A stretch of DNA of 64,000 nucleotides from an uncultured delta proteobacterium (lineage in GTDB: Bacteria; Desulfobacterota; Binatia; Binatales; Binataceae), in assembly GCA_963765675.1 (NCBI GenBank), contig CAVXXK010000001.1, positions 1,952,001 through 2,016,000 of the forward strand, written 5' to 3'. Both the position numbers and the translations under genes were made by a program. The notes beneath the pieces are model-generated. The model saw only the letters and a list, made by a program, of their open reading frames with translations. It was not told the DNA's origin and made no database searches. Positions within the stretch are counted from its first letter, which is position 1. Each line of letters begins with the position of its first letter. This document shows, piece by piece, positions 9,143-18,330 of this stretch.

Positions 9143-10164
9143 AACGCGCCACCGCATTCATGTCCGCTGCGATATTGGCGGCGTCGGCGATCCTCGTCGG
9201 ATGCGCACAGAGCCGCGAGCTGCCGATGACGACGCTCGCGCCCAAGTCCGATCTCGCCGACTGGATATACCGGTTATTCATCGAAGTGACGCTGTGGGAC
9301 ACGCTGGTGTTCGCGATCGTTATCGTGACCTTCCTGCTGGCGATCTTTGTCTTCTCGACACGGGTCGGCGAAGCGTCGCCGCCGTCGTCGGCGAGCTCGG
9401 ACCTGACCCTCGAAGTCGCGTGGACGCTCGGACCGGCGCTGATCCTGCTGATGATCTCGATTCCGACCGTCCGCACGATTTTCCGTTCGCAGCCGAACAT
9501 CCCGCCTATAGGGGCGCTCAAGATCCGGGTAGTCGCCCATCAATGGTGGTGGGAATTTCGCTATGGTGACAAGGATCACATCGTCACCGCCAATGAGCTG
9601 CATATTCCGACCGGAGTTCCGATTCGGCTGAACCTGCAATCCGGCGACGTGATCCACAGCTTTTGGGTGCCTCAGCTTGGCGGCAAGCGCGACGTCGTGC
9701 CGGGACAATTGAACGAGCTCACCTTCGAGGCGAGCGTGCCCGGAATGTATCCGGGGCAATGCGCCGAGTTCTGCGGCGAGTCGCATGCCAACATGCGCTT
9801 CCGCGTGTTCGTCCAGACGCCGCAAGAGTTTGCCGAATGGGAAAAGGCGCAGGCCGCCGCGCCGGTCGCGGTGGCTTCGATTACCAATCCAGCCGCGCAG
9901 GAAGGCGCAAAGATTTTCTCGAACAGCCCGTGCACCACCTGTCATATGATCAACGGCGTGTCCAAGGGTTATATCGGGCCGAACCTGACTCATTTCGGAA
10001 GCCGCACCACGATGGCGGGCGCGATCGAGGCGAACAATCCCGCCGACGTTGCGCAATGGATTATCAATCCCGAGCGCGTCAAGCCGGGCGCGCAGATGCC
10101 CGCGCTCGGACTTAGCGGCCCGCAACTCAACGACCTGGTCGCGTACCTCGAGAGTCTGAAGTAA
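9139..10164 (+). CDS. coxB: caa3-type cytochrome c oxidase subunit II with C-terminal cytochrome c
   Basis: ATG at 9139 overlaps the actF stop (ATGA); lipobox LVGC; HQWWWEFRY; CuA motif DVIHSFW...CAEFCGESHANM; CTTCH...MP heme c domain. Confidence 0.95.
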   Translation: MKRATAFMSAAILAASAILVGCAQSRELPMTTLAPKSDLADWIYRLFIEVTLWDTLVFAIVIVTFLLAIFVFSTRVGEASPPSSASSDLTLEVAWTLGPALILLMISIPTVRTIFRSQPNIPPIGALKIRVVAHQWWWEFRYGDKDHIVTANELHIPTGVPIRLNLQSGDVIHSFWVPQLGGKRDVVPGQLNELTFEASVPGMYPGQCAEFCGESHANMRFRVFVQTPQEFAEWEKAQAAAPVAVASITNPAAQEGAKIFSNSPCTTCHMINGVSKGYIGPNLTHFGSRTTMAGAIEANNPADVAQWIINPERVKPGAQMPALGLSGPQLNDLVAYLESLK

Positions 10165-10174
10165 GGGAGCTCAG

Positions 10175-12655
10175 TTGATGGCTGCCCAGCCCAAAGCATT
10201 GCCAGTCGAAACGCAGAACTACCTGCGGGGTGGAGGCCTGATCGGATGGCTGACGACCGTCGATCACAAGCGCGTCGCGGTGATGTACGCGGTGAGCGCG
10301 CTGATCTTCATGGCGATCGGCGGAATCGAGGCGATGCTGATCAGGACCCAGCTCTGGTCGCCGAATAACCATTTCATTTCCGCGTCGGTTTACAACGAAA
10401 TCTTCACGATGCACGGCACCACCATGATCTTCCTGGTGCTGATGCCGCTGGAGGTGGGATTCTTAGCGAACTTTGTGATGCCGCTGCAGATCGGCGCGCG
10501 CGACGTCGCGTTTCCGCGCCTTAACGCGCTGAGCTTCTGGATCTTTCTCTGCGGCGCGATTTTTCTGCATCTCGGATGGCTCTGGGGCGGATTGCCGGAC
10601 GCGGGATGGTTCGGTTACGCCAACCTGACCGAGCGCTACTTCTCGCCGGGGCTGAACCTCGACTTCTGGGTGGTCGGGCTGCTCACGCTCGGCGTCTCAA
10701 CCTTGGTCAGCGGACTTAATTTCTTCGTGACGATCGTCGGGATGCGCGCCAAGGGTATGACCTTCATGCGCATGCCGATGTTCGTGTGGTCGATCCTGGT
10801 CACTTCGATCCTGATCCTTATCGCGTTTCCGCCGCTCACGGTGGGACTGGTATTCCTGCTGCTCGACCGCTTTTTCGGCACGCATTTTTACGTGGCAGCA
10901 TACGGCGCCACTCCGATTCTGTGGCAGCATCTGTTCTGGCTCTTCGGGCATCCCGAGGTTTACATCATGGCGTTGCCGGCCTTCGGAATAGTTTCCGAGC
11001 TCGTGCCGGTGTTCTCCCGTAAACCTCTGTTCGGCTATCCGATGATGGCCTACTCGATCGCGCTGATTGCGTTCCTGTCGTACGGCGTGTGGGGGCATCA
11101 CATGTTCGCGACCGGGATGGGTCCGGTGGCGGACAGCGCGTTCGCGATCACCTCGATGCTGATCGCGATACCGACCGGGATCAAAATCTTTTCGTGGATC
11201 GCGACGATATGGGGCGGCTCGCTCCGGATGACCACTGCGTTTTTCTTTGCGCTTGCGATGATCGTCGAATTCACGATCGGCGGCCTGTCGGGAATCATGC
11301 ACGCCGCGGCGCCGGTTGACTTGCAGCAGACCGATTCCTATTTCGTCGTCGCGCACCTTCATTACGTACTCTTCGGCGGCGTGATGTTCGCGCTGCTTGG
11401 CGCGATCTACTACTGGTGGCCGAAGGTCACCGGCAAGATGCTGTCCGAGCGGCTCGGGAAGTGGCAGTTCTGGCTCACGATTATCGGCTTCAATGGCACC
11501 TTCTTCCCAATGCACTTTCTGGGGATGTGGGGGATGCCGCGGCGCATCTATACCTATGGTCCGGGCCTGGGCTGGACCTCGCTCAATCGGTTCGAGACCG
11601 TCTGCGCATTCATTCTGGGAATTTCGTTCCTGATCCTGTACGTCAACATAATCAAAAGCACCACCAACGGAGAGGACGCGCCCCCCGATCCGTGGGACGG
11701 CCGCGGCCTCGAGTGGTCGATCACGTCGCCGCCCCCCGCATACAATTTCGCCAACGTTCCCGATGTCCGCGGACGCGATGCTTACTGGGTAATGAAGTAC
11801 GGCCGCGCCGGCTCGCGCGGAGTCGCGATGTTCATGGCGGGGCAGGTCCCGCCGGTGCCGGAGAGCATGAAGGCGCCGCCCACCGAGCCGATCCACATGC
11901 CCGCGCCGTCGATCTACCCGCTGCTCATCGCACTGGGTTTCGCTCTGATGGGCGTAGGTTTGATCATCGGATGGTGGCGGATCATCATTATCGGCGGCGG
12001 CACGATGTTCCTGTGCGTGGTCGCGATGTGCCTCGAATATCCGCGTTACGGGCAGGAGACGCACTCGAGCGAAGAGGCAGCGTCGTCAACCGGCGGCGTC
12101 GATTTGCGCAAGGCCGGACTGTGGACCTTCCTCGGCTCCGAGTGCGTATTCTTTGCGAGCCTGATCGCAACCTACGTCGTTTATAAGAGCCGCAATATCG
12201 GCGGACCCGGCGCGAGCATCCTCGAGATTCCACTCACCTCGGTCAGCACCTTCGCGCTCCTGATGTCGAGCCTCGGGATGGTTCTGGCGCTGCATGCGAT
12301 CCAGCAGAACCAGAAACGCTTGATGCGGCTGTGGCTCGGGATCACGATCATCCTGGGGCTGGTGTTCCTTGGCGTCGAGGCGTACGAGTTCACGCATTTC
12401 TATCATCAGGGACTCGCGATGCAGACCGACTTGTTCGGCCAGAGCTTCTTCACCCTGGTTGGCTTCCACGGCGTACACGTCAGCATCGGAGTGTTGTGGC
12501 TCGCGACCGTGTGGTTCGCTTCGTTCAGCAAAAAATTCGACAAGTCCCGCTCGCTTACGGTCGAGATGGCGGGACTGTACTGGCACTTCGTCGATATCGT
12601 GTGGGTAATCATCTTCACGCTGGTCTATCTGATGCAGCAGGTTAAGGGCGCATGA
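10175..12655 (+). CDS. coxA: Cytochrome c oxidase subunit I/III fusion (A1 type); start may be ATG 10178
   Basis: FTMHG, DVAFPRLN, WLFGHPEVY, VWGHHMF, PTGIK, VAHLHY, MPRR; C-terminal subunit III motifs FLGSECVFF, GFHGVHV, YWHFVDIVW. Confidence 0.95.
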   Translation: MMAAQPKALPVETQNYLRGGGLIGWLTTVDHKRVAVMYAVSALIFMAIGGIEAMLIRTQLWSPNNHFISASVYNEIFTMHGTTMIFLVLMPLEVGFLANFVMPLQIGARDVAFPRLNALSFWIFLCGAIFLHLGWLWGGLPDAGWFGYANLTERYFSPGLNLDFWVVGLLTLGVSTLVSGLNFFVTIVGMRAKGMTFMRMPMFVWSILVTSILILIAFPPLTVGLVFLLLDRFFGTHFYVAAYGATPILWQHLFWLFGHPEVYIMALPAFGIVSELVPVFSRKPLFGYPMMAYSIALIAFLSYGVWGHHMFATGMGPVADSAFAITSMLIAIPTGIKIFSWIATIWGGSLRMTTAFFFALAMIVEFTIGGLSGIMHAAAPVDLQQTDSYFVVAHLHYVLFGGVMFALLGAIYYWWPKVTGKMLSERLGKWQFWLTIIGFNGTFFPMHFLGMWGMPRRIYTYGPGLGWTSLNRFETVCAFILGISFLILYVNIIKSTTNGEDAPPDPWDGRGLEWSITSPPPAYNFANVPDVRGRDAYWVMKYGRAGSRGVAMFMAGQVPPVPESMKAPPTEPIHMPAPSIYPLLIALGFALMGVGLIIGWWRIIIIGGGTMFLCVVAMCLEYPRYGQETHSSEEAASSTGGVDLRKAGLWTFLGSECVFFASLIATYVVYKSRNIGGPGASILEIPLTSVSTFALLMSSLGMVLALHAIQQNQKRLMRLWLGITIILGLVFLGVEAYEFTHFYHQGLAMQTDLFGQSFFTLVGFHGVHVSIGVLWLATVWFASFSKKFDKSRSLTVEMAGLYWHFVDIVWVIIFTLVYLMQQVKGA

Positions 12656-13011
12656 ACGAGGCGACGCAAACGGCAGCAGCGATTGAGACGCAGGGCAACG
12701 ACGGCGAGAGCCACGTCGAGCATCCGCATCACCCCGGCGTCGGCATCTACGTCATCGTGGCGGCATTTCTGTGCGTGCTGACCGGGATGGAGATTACGGT
12801 CTTCTATGTTCCTGCACTGAAGGCGGTGATCGTGCCGGTGCTGCTGGTGCTGGCGGCCGCGAAGTTCGCGCTTATCGCGCTGTTCTTCATGCATCTCAAA
12901 TACGATAGCTGGATTCTGAGCGGCTTCTTTCTGTTTCCGCTGTTGATGGCGTTTATTCTGCTATTTGCGCTCATGGGACTGTTCGCGTATCTCTCGCATC
13001 ACTTGGGATAA
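12652..13011 (+). CDS. Cytochrome c oxidase subunit IV family protein
   Basis: Three TM helices, LTGMEI, AKFALIALFFMHLKYD. Confidence 0.88.
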   Translation: MNEATQTAAAIETQGNDGESHVEHPHHPGVGIYVIVAAFLCVLTGMEITVFYVPALKAVIVPVLLVLAAAKFALIALFFMHLKYDSWILSGFFLFPLLMAFILLFALMGLFAYLSHHLG

Positions 13012-13844
13012 TGGATTTAGACGATCTTCTGGGTGAGCATCCAAGTATCGCAATCGGCGTCGTTGCGCTCGCGATTCTCTATTGGCTCGCGTGCCGCCTG
13101 TGCAAGCGCCGTCCGACGCGCAGGCAGGTCGCATGGTTCACCGCGGCGCTGCTGGTGATCTTCTACACCCACACCGGGCTCGACGAATACGCCGACGACC
13201 GGATCTTCTTCATGCACATGCTGCAGCATCTGGTGCAGGCGTTTGTCATCCCGCCGTTGCTGCTGCTCGGAACGCCGGACTGGATGCTCAGGCCGTGGGT
13301 GATGAGCCGCGCGGTCAAACCGATCGCGCGAATCTTTACCAATCCGGTGGTCGCGTTCCTGCTGTTCTCGGCGGTGTTCGTCACCGCGCACTTTCCGCCG
13401 ATTTTCGACAAGATGTGTCGCGACGAAAATTTCCATATCTTTCTGCACCTGTGCTTCATGACGACCGGCGTCCTGCTCTGGTGGCCGATTCTGAGCCCGC
13501 TGCCCGAGCTGCCGCGGCTTTCGTACCCGGCGCAGATTCTGTACGTGTTCCTGCTGATGATCCCGATGACGGCGGTGGCGGCGCCGATCACGCTGGCAAC
13601 GCATGTGATCTATCCGTGGTACCTCGAAGGGCCGCACGGCTGGGGCATCCCGGCGCTCGACGATCAAATCCTCGGCGGGCTGCTGATGTGGATCGGGCAA
13701 GGCACCTACCTGATGGCGGTGTTCACGGTGATTTTCTACCGATGGTCCCGCAACGAAGATCGCGACGAGCCCATGATCACCGCCACGCCAACCGGCTCAG
13801 GCCCTCCGCCGCTGCGCGTGCTGGGGCCTCGCGCGCGAGCGTAA
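13011..13844 (+). CDS. ctaG: caa3-type cytochrome c oxidase assembly factor (Caa3_CtaG)
   Basis: FFMHMLQH, PPLLLLGTP, WWPILSP, DQILGGLLMW. Confidence 0.9.
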   Translation: MDLDDLLGEHPSIAIGVVALAILYWLACRLCKRRPTRRQVAWFTAALLVIFYTHTGLDEYADDRIFFMHMLQHLVQAFVIPPLLLLGTPDWMLRPWVMSRAVKPIARIFTNPVVAFLLFSAVFVTAHFPPIFDKMCRDENFHIFLHLCFMTTGVLLWWPILSPLPELPRLSYPAQILYVFLLMIPMTAVAAPITLATHVIYPWYLEGPHGWGIPALDDQILGGLLMWIGQGTYLMAVFTVIFYRWSRNEDRDEPMITATPTGSGPPPLRVLGPRARA

Positions 13845-13850
13845 TCGTCG

Positions 13851-15224
13851 CTATTCGGCGAGAATTCGCAAAGAGGTCTGTGCGGCTGCGGCTGGGACCG
13901 CGGGGCGGAAGGCGAAGCTTAGCGTCCATAGAGTTGTCGCCGAATAGACGACTCCGCCGGCAGCCGCGAGTATCGCGCCGGCGAGGACTAGCTCGATCGC
14001 GCCGATAAGGAATCCTGCAATCATCAAAGCGACTCCGCCGTCGAACGCAATGAAGACGAACCATCGCGTGCGCACGATCGAAAGCTCATCGATCGTCACC
14101 GCGGTCCATCCGCGGCCCTGCCGCGCGCGCGTGACGAACGCCGGGAACAGCTTGTACGACATCCCGATGATGAAGTTCGAGAAAAATCCGAGCAGCCCCG
14201 CGACGCCGTACGCCGGCGCGATTCGTGCGCCCCACACGCTGTCGCCGCCGAATATCGTAAGCGTGATTCCGAGCGCCAGCGCGATCGCGAGACTTGCGGC
14301 TCCCGCGAGCGCGTGGCGAGGAGTCCAGTCCATCGGCATCCGCCGCGTCGCGACGATCCGCGCGATTATCGCGATATACCAGCCCATCGCGAGCGCGATC
14401 GCGATCGCGAAAATCGTTTCCCCGCGCAGCCCGAAGAACAGCGATATCGCGAGCGCGCTCACCGCCGCCGCGAGCGCGTAGAGCTGCCAGATCGCATGCC
14501 GCGGCAGCGTGACCTTCGGCAGCAGAAACGCCGGCAGCATCCGGTACGATACCGCGCATATCGCCATCGTGACCCATCCCACGGCCGCAAGATGCACATG
14601 CGCCGAAAGATTGGTCAGCACGTTCCCCGAGAGAAAATCGTAGGTCTTGTCGATTCCCAGAATCGCGCCGAGCATCGCGGCGAGCAGCAGGAATCCGATC
14701 GCGAGCAGCATCCCGGTCTCGGCGACGCCGCGTCCGAACTGGCGCCAGAGGCACGGCACGATGTTCGCCGCGAACATCACGATGCTCACGACCACCGCGA
14801 TCGCGGCGAGCCACAACCCGACCCACGCGCCAATCGCGAAGTGCACGACCATCCCGGCTACGCCGATCGTGAAAATCGCGAGTTGCGCGTACGCGACGCG
14901 GGACGACCGGATCGGAACGTGGGTCAGCGCGGGCACGTAACGGTACATCACGCCCATGATCGCCGCAGTGATCCATCCCAGCGTGAAGGTGTGCACCACC
15001 GCGATCACGACTGCCTGGTAGAAAAAGCCCGCGGCGTACGGGACCGCGAACGGCATTGCGCACACGCCAATCGCGAAGAAAATTACCGACACGACAAAGA
15101 AAGCGACCGGAACCCGCCCGATCCGCAGGGGATCGGCGTTCGTCGCGCTGGTATCTGGATGATGCGGATGATGCGGCATCGGAGGAGAGCCGGAAGCGGA
15201 AAAAGATTGCGCTGATTCAGGCAT
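13851..15224 (-). CDS. ~12-TM membrane protein, heme-copper oxidase subunit I / NnrS-like fold
   Basis: Three internal repeats: HTFTLGW..MGVMYRYVP, HVHLAAVGW..AVSYRMLP and YGVAGLLGF..GMSYKLFP. Confidence 0.65.
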   Translation of the reverse strand: MPESAQSFSASGSPPMPHHPHHPDTSATNADPLRIGRVPVAFFVVSVIFFAIGVCAMPFAVPYAAGFFYQAVVIAVVHTFTLGWITAAIMGVMYRYVPALTHVPIRSSRVAYAQLAIFTIGVAGMVVHFAIGAWVGLWLAAIAVVVSIVMFAANIVPCLWRQFGRGVAETGMLLAIGFLLLAAMLGAILGIDKTYDFLSGNVLTNLSAHVHLAAVGWVTMAICAVSYRMLPAFLLPKVTLPRHAIWQLYALAAAVSALAISLFFGLRGETIFAIAIALAMGWYIAIIARIVATRRMPMDWTPRHALAGAASLAIALALGITLTIFGGDSVWGARIAPAYGVAGLLGFFSNFIIGMSYKLFPAFVTRARQGRGWTAVTIDELSIVRTRWFVFIAFDGGVALMIAGFLIGAIELVLAGAILAAAGGVVYSATTLWTLSFAFRPAVPAAAAQTSLRILAE

Positions 15225-15261
15225 CGGATTTCATACTATCGCGTACCGCCCGCGCTAGAAA

Positions 15262-15630
15262 TCACGGGTGCGCCGGCCGGTTGGGCTGGATCACGGTCAG
15301 GGCGAATGCGCTGTCCTCCAGCGCCTCGACCTCGTGCGAAATTCCATCGCCGAGAGTGAGGATCGCACCGGCTCCGAGCGTATGCGAGTCGGCGCCGACG
15401 CTGAACCGAATCGAGCCTTCGAGCACCGCGAGCGTGATCGGTCCCTCCGCGCGATGCTCATGCAGCAGGCCGCCCTTGTGCAGCGCGACCAGCACGATTC
15501 GAATCGATTCGTTCTTCACCAGCACGATCGCGGCGCGGCTGCCGGATTGCCATTGCGCGCCCGCCTTGAGCTTTGCGATCTCCGCGCCGGTGTCGAACGT
15601 CATCAGTGCGCGATCCAGTTCACGGTCCAT
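15262..15630 (-). CDS. Cupin domain protein
   Basis: ATG at 15630 with GGAG RBS; LLHEHRAEGPITLAVLEG...ISHEVEALEDSAFALTV. Confidence 0.85.
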   Translation of the reverse strand: MDRELDRALMTFDTGAEIAKLKAGAQWQSGSRAAIVLVKNESIRIVLVALHKGGLLHEHRAEGPITLAVLEGSIRFSVGADSHTLGAGAILTLGDGISHEVEALEDSAFALTVIQPNRPAHP

Positions 15631-15649
15631 CGCTGTCTCCTTTGCATAT

Positions 15650-16192
15650 TCAATCGTCGAGCAGATGCGGGTCGTAGCCCGCCCGCTCGAGCGCGTGGCG
15701 CACGGCGGCCCGGGTCTTTTCGGTATCCAGATGCGGTTTGACCGGAACTTCGGGCGTCGCCTCGATCGCGGCGAGCAGCCGCGCGGCGTCGGCTCCCGCG
15801 AGCTGCTCGCAGGCGTCGTACACACCGCCGGGCGATTCCTCGAGCGGATTGTGCGCGGCCAAGATCGTGTGCAGCGCTTGCAGGACCGCGCGCGACACCG
15901 ACGGCATCATCAGCGCCGCCATCGCGCCGTGATCGAGCCGCAGCCGCGCGGCCAGTGGATGCGGCGCGCCGCGGCGCCTCTCGGCGTCGGGCAGCAGCAC
16001 CTTTTCCTCCATCGAGATATGCCGAAGCAGCGCGTGCCGGAATTGCGCGTAAGCTTCGGCGCCGGACGGTGACGCGAAATCGCGGGCGGCATCGAGCAGC
16101 CGATCCAGCCGCGCGTGTTCGCCGCGGAGAAAGCGATAAATCGGCCCGTGGGGGGAGATGGTCGTAGAAGACGCTGTCGATCTTTCGCTCAT
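15650..16192 (-). CDS. Hemerythrin (HHE) domain protein
   Basis: EHARLD, LLRHISMEEKVLLP, LRLDH, HNPLEE. Confidence 0.85.
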   Translation of the reverse strand: MSERSTASSTTISPHGPIYRFLRGEHARLDRLLDAARDFASPSGAEAYAQFRHALLRHISMEEKVLLPDAERRRGAPHPLAARLRLDHGAMAALMMPSVSRAVLQALHTILAAHNPLEESPGGVYDACEQLAGADAARLLAAIEATPEVPVKPHLDTEKTRAAVRHALERAGYDPHLLDD

Positions 16193-16371
16193 GTACCGTC
16201 GGCATGCCGTGGCCGCCGCTAATCCAAATCAAAAGCGTATCTAACTCGATCGCCGCGGACAAAGCAGAAATGCTTATATGCGCGGCAACCACTGATTGTT
16301 TTGCACTTGAGAGTTAGTTGTCGATCGGAGTAGAGACTTTGCAGAGACTCGCGGGTGCGAATGGGAGATCA

Positions 16372-17439
16372 ATGCAACATTCCCGGACCAGAATAATCAT
16401 TGACGGCGCGACCGCGGGGATTATCGGCGGGCTCGTGGTGGCGCTGTGGTTCCTGCTCTTCGACCTGTCGCGCGGTCACGGCTTCGAGACGCCCGCCCTG
16501 CTCGCGGCAACCCTGCTGCACGGGCTGCGCAACCCGACTCTGCTCCATCACAGCATGATCCGGCTGATCGCCGAATATTCGCTCCTCCATTTTGCGGCGT
16601 TTATTGTCGTCGGCGTGGTTGCCGCGTTGTTGCTCGAAGCGGCTGAAAACGAACCGCCGTTCCTTATCTCCGTTCTGATTTTTTTTGGCGCTTTCGAGGT
16701 CTTTTTCATCGCGGTCGTGCTGTTCCTCGGACCGCAGGTGATGGCCGCCCTGACGTGGTGGGGAATTATCGTCGGCAACCTGCTCGCGACCGGTGCGATG
16801 CTGGCGTACTTTTTCTGGCGCCATCCGAGGCTCGCGAAAAATCTGTTCGGCTCCGGATGGCTCCGCGTCGCACGCGAAGGCGTGTTGGCCGGCGTGGTTG
16901 GCGGCGTGGTGGTCGCGATCTGGTTTCTTGGCTACGACCTTGCCAGCAGCGATCTGTTCCGGACCCCGACGATTCTCGGCGCGATGATTTTCCGGGGTTC
17001 GGAGGGCGCTGCCACCGCGCATGCCTCGGCGGCGCTGGTGCTTGGTTACACCGTGCTACACTTCTTCGCGTTCGTGGCCTTCGGCCTCGGCATCGCGATC
17101 CTGCTGGCGGCCTCCGAATGGGAGCCGTTCCTCGCGCTCGGAGTATTTCTGCTCTTCGCGGTGTTCGAAGTTTTTTTCGTCGGCTTCGTCACCGTGCTCG
17201 ATTCGTCGGTGGTGTCGCAGCTCGGATGGTGGAAAATCGTGGCGGGAAATATTCTGGCGCTGCTCGCGATGGCCGCATTCTTCATGCAGGGGCATCGGGG
17301 ACTGCGCTTGAAGCTGGTCGAGCGATGGGCGACGCTCGACATGGACGGGCAGGAAATGGGCGAGCTGGGTGTCGCGGCAGAGTCGAATGGCCACACGGCC
17401 GACAACGGCCAGAGCCACGCCAAGCCGATGCAGCCGTAG
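16372..17439 (+). CDS. Hypothetical multi-pass membrane protein made of two homologous halves
   Basis: Repeated G..GG.VVA.WF..D...F.TP, Y..LHF..F, FEVFF and WW.I..GN.LA motifs; ATG 16372 follows GGGAG. Confidence 0.8.
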   Translation: MQHSRTRIIIDGATAGIIGGLVVALWFLLFDLSRGHGFETPALLAATLLHGLRNPTLLHHSMIRLIAEYSLLHFAAFIVVGVVAALLLEAAENEPPFLISVLIFFGAFEVFFIAVVLFLGPQVMAALTWWGIIVGNLLATGAMLAYFFWRHPRLAKNLFGSGWLRVAREGVLAGVVGGVVVAIWFLGYDLASSDLFRTPTILGAMIFRGSEGAATAHASAALVLGYTVLHFFAFVAFGLGIAILLAASEWEPFLALGVFLLFAVFEVFFVGFVTVLDSSVVSQLGWWKIVAGNILALLAMAAFFMQGHRGLRLKLVERWATLDMDGQEMGELGVAAESNGHTADNGQSHAKPMQP

Positions 17440-17470
17440 AATTCGTCCTGGCGCGCTCGTGGCGCGCGCG

Positions 17471-18268
17471 TTAAAGGCCCAGCACGTCGCGCATCGAATA
17501 GAGTCCGGGTTTCTGATGCTCGATCCACGCCGCTGCGCGCAGCGCGCCGCGCGCGAGCGACTCGCGGCTCTGCGCGCGATGAATCAATTCCAGGCGCTCG
17601 CCCTGTCCACCGAAAATCACGGTATGGTCGCCGACGGCGTCGCCGGCGCGAATCGCCAGCACGCCAATCTGGTCGGGAGGACGCACTCCGGTAATTCCCT
17701 CGCGGCCATAGACCGCGTGCGCAGCCAGTTCCTGCCCGCGCGCCGACGCGATCGCGCGGCCGAGTCCGAGCGCGGTTCCGCTGGGTGCGTCGACCTTGGT
17801 GCGATGATGGATCTCGATCACCTCAGCATCGAAGTCGGGCAGAATCGCGGCAACTTCGGCGGCGATTTTCATCAGCACGTTTACGCCGACGCTCATATTC
17901 GGCGCGATCACGGCGCGGATGCGCGGTGCGATCTCCCTGGCGCGCTTTTCCTGCTCCGCGGAAAATCCAGTCGAGCCGATGACGATCGCGCCTCCCGCCA
18001 CAACCGCCGCTTCGAGATGCTCCATCGACGCCGCCGCCGTGGTGAAATCCAGCGTGACGGTGCCGGGCCGCACGAGCGCCGCGTAGTCGTCGGTGATCCT
18101 GATTCCGAGCGCGCCGACTCCGGCGATATCACCTGCGTCCTTGCCGACCGCCGCGATTCCGCGAGCCTCGACCGCGCCGACGAGCTTGTGCGCGCTGTCG
18201 TGCGCCGCGAACGTGATGAGCATCTTGCCCATCCGGCCCGCTGCTCCCGCGACGATCAAATTTGCCAT
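17471..18268 (-). CDS. dapB: 4-hydroxy-tetrahydrodipicolinate reductase
   Basis: VAGAAGRMG, DFT, GSTG, APNMSVG, EIHHRTKVDAPSGTA, GDHTV; start corrected to MANLIVAG. Confidence 0.97.
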   Translation of the reverse strand: MANLIVAGAAGRMGKMLITFAAHDSAHKLVGAVEARGIAAVGKDAGDIAGVGALGIRITDDYAALVRPGTVTLDFTTAAASMEHLEAAVVAGGAIVIGSTGFSAEQEKRAREIAPRIRAVIAPNMSVGVNVLMKIAAEVAAILPDFDAEVIEIHHRTKVDAPSGTALGLGRAIASARGQELAAHAVYGREGITGVRPPDQIGVLAIRAGDAVGDHTVIFGGQGERLELIHRAQSRESLARGALRAAAWIEHQKPGLYSMRDVLGL

Positions 18269-18330
18269 TGGGATGACTGCGTGCGCATGGCCGCGCGACG
18301 CGCGAGCCCGCGCAGGTTGATCTACGAACG

